From an uncultured Bacilli bacterium (GTDB taxonomy: Bacteria; Bacillota_I; Bacilli_A; RF39; UBA660): 64,000 bases of DNA. The position numbers and the translations under genes are program-made. Shown piece by piece: positions 62,489-64,000 of this stretch. The notes under the pieces were generated by a model. That model saw only the letters and a program-made list of their open reading frames with translations, was not told the origin of the DNA and ran no database searches. The stretch is taken from positions 24,860-88,859 of the forward strand of contig CALVXP010000001.1 of assembly GCA_944371525.1 (NCBI GenBank), read 5' to 3'. Within the stretch, counting starts at the first letter, position 1, and each line of letters begins with the position of its first letter.

Positions 62489-62559
62489 TCTTATTTTTTT
62501 CATATTTATATTATCTATTACATAATATTTTAATGAATAAAAGAAAGAAGAGGTATAAT

Positions 62560-64000
62560 ATGGAAAAAATAGAAGTTATTAAAAGTATTGCTGAAAGAAC
62601 TGGAGGAGACATTTATTTAGGAGTTGTTGGTGCTGTAAGAACAGGAAAATCTACTTTTATAAGGAAATTTATGGAGACATTGGTTATTCCAAATATTCAA
62701 GATGAATTAGAAAGAAAAAGAACTTTAGATGAATTACCACAAGCTGCTGCTGGTAAAACAATTATGACAACTGAACCAAAATTTGTACCTGCAACTGCTG
62801 CTAAAGTACAAATTGATGATTTCAGTGCCAATATTAGAATGATCGATTGTGTTGGCTATGTTATTAATGCTGCAAAAGGTTATGAAGATGAAAATGGTCC
62901 TAGATATGTTATGACACCATGGTATTCAGATCCTATTCCTTTTGTAGAAGCTGCTGAAATAGGAACAGAAAAAGTTATAAAAGATCATTCAACAATTGGT
63001 ATTGTAATGACAACAGATGGATCTATTGGGGATATTCCTAGAAATGAATATGTAGAAGTAGAAGAAAATGTAGTATCTGAATTAAAAACTATTGGTAAAC
63101 CATTTATTGTAATATTAAATTCCGCTCACCCAATGCTACCAGAAACAGAAAATCTTGCAGAATCTCTAAAGGAAAATTATGGTGTACCAGTCATGCCAAT
63201 TAATGTAGAAAACATGCAAGAACGAGATATGTATAACATTTTAAAAAATGCACTATATGAATTTCCTATTGAAGAAGTAAAGGTTAACATGCCTGAATGG
63301 ATCGCTATATTAAATCACGAACACGAACTAAAAAAAACATATATTGAAAAAATAAAAGAAAGTGTTATTGAAGTTAATAAATTAAAAGACATTGATAATA
63401 TAACTAAACACTTTAATGATTGTGATTATATATCAAAAGCATATTTATCAGAAGTAAATACTTCAACTGGGGAAGTAACTATAAATTTAGAAGCCCCAAA
63501 TGGTTTATATAATCAAGTATTAAATAATATAATAGGTACTGATATTACTTCAAAAGCCAATTTACTATCATTATTTCAAGAATTTAATGTTGCAAAGAAA
63601 GAATACGATCAAATAAAAGGTGCACTTAAAATGGTAAAACAAACAGGATATGGTATTGCCTCTCCAACATTAGATGATATGAAACTTGAAACTCCTGAAA
63701 TTATTAAACAAGGAGGAAGATATGGAGTTAAATTAAAAGCCAAAGCTCCGTCAATTCATATGATAAAAGTTGAAGTTGAAAGTACTTTTGAACCTATTAT
63801 TGGTTCTGAATTACAAAGTAAAGAATTAATTAACTATTTAACAAAAGATAGTGAATCTTCTAACATATGGAAATCAGAAATATTTGGTAGAAGTTTAGAT
63901 GCAATAGTACAAGAAGGTATACAAGCTAAATTATCTATGATGCCAGAGTCTATTAGATACAAATTAGGTCAAACTCTTACAAAAGTTATAAATAAAGGAT
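62560..64000 (+). CDS. spoIVA: Stage IV sporulation protein A (partial, runs off window)
   Basis: MEKIEVIKSIAERTGGDIYLGVVGAVRTGKSTFI Walker A N-terminus typical of SpoIVA. Confidence 0.85.
   Translation, partial: MEKIEVIKSIAERTGGDIYLGVVGAVRTGKSTFIRKFMETLVIPNIQDELERKRTLDELPQAAAGKTIMTTEPKFVPATAAKVQIDDFSANIRMIDCVGYVINAAKGYEDENGPRYVMTPWYSDPIPFVEAAEIGTEKVIKDHSTIGIVMTTDGSIGDIPRNEYVEVEENVVSELKTIGKPFIVILNSAHPMLPETENLAESLKENYGVPVMPINVENMQERDMYNILKNALYEFPIEEVKVNMPEWIAILNHEHELKKTYIEKIKESVIEVNKLKDIDNITKHFNDCDYISKAYLSEVNTSTGEVTINLEAPNGLYNQVLNNIIGTDITSKANLLSLFQEFNVAKKEYDQIKGALKMVKQTGYGIASPTLDDMKLETPEIIKQGGRYGVKLKAKAPSIHMIKVEVESTFEPIIGSELQSKELINYLTKDSESSNIWKSEIFGRSLDAIVQEGIQAKLSMMPESIRYKLGQTLTKVINKG

Noticed and set aside
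1-64000. Scanned for tRNA-like GC-rich cloverleaf islands, rRNA and CRISPR repeat-spacer periodicity.
   Set aside because: Nothing found. The only regular repeats are short AT-rich tandem units (20775-20880, 25463-25564) without spacer structure.

Overview
Very AT-rich (about 25-28% GC by eye) chromosomal segment of an endospore-forming Firmicute. It looks Clostridia-like: spoIID, a spoIIQ-like LytM gene, spoIIID, an MreB/Mbl-family actin homolog and spoIVA are all present. Most of the window is housekeeping: replication (dnaE, dnaI, Bacillus-type dnaB), ftsEX, prfB with its programmed +1 frameshift, secA, hpf, nrnA, ackA, CBS-type pyrophosphatase, clpC-like ATPase, murA, gmk, cysS, ysxC and der. 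Unusual content: (1) a roughly 4.9-kb decayed integrated element sits between prfB and secA. It is flanked by a duplicated secA 3' end and carries a tyrosine integrase broken by an in-frame stop, a second integrase N-terminal stub, a frameshifted NDT-like gene and a GH3 lipoprotein. (2) A translationally coupled four-gene operon of large unannotatable proteins (45900-50458) has its own promoter and is insulated by terminators. (3) An LRR/transglutaminase-like gene overlaps an HD-domain gene. (4) An orphan VirD4/TraG-like ATPase lies next to a UvrD-like helicase frameshifted inside its Walker A motif. (5) A sortase is paired with a thioester-domain/CnaB adhesin. (6) A promoter-to-terminator small transcript is followed by a 38-aa hydrophobic peptide ORF. 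No rRNA, tRNA or CRISPR array was detected.
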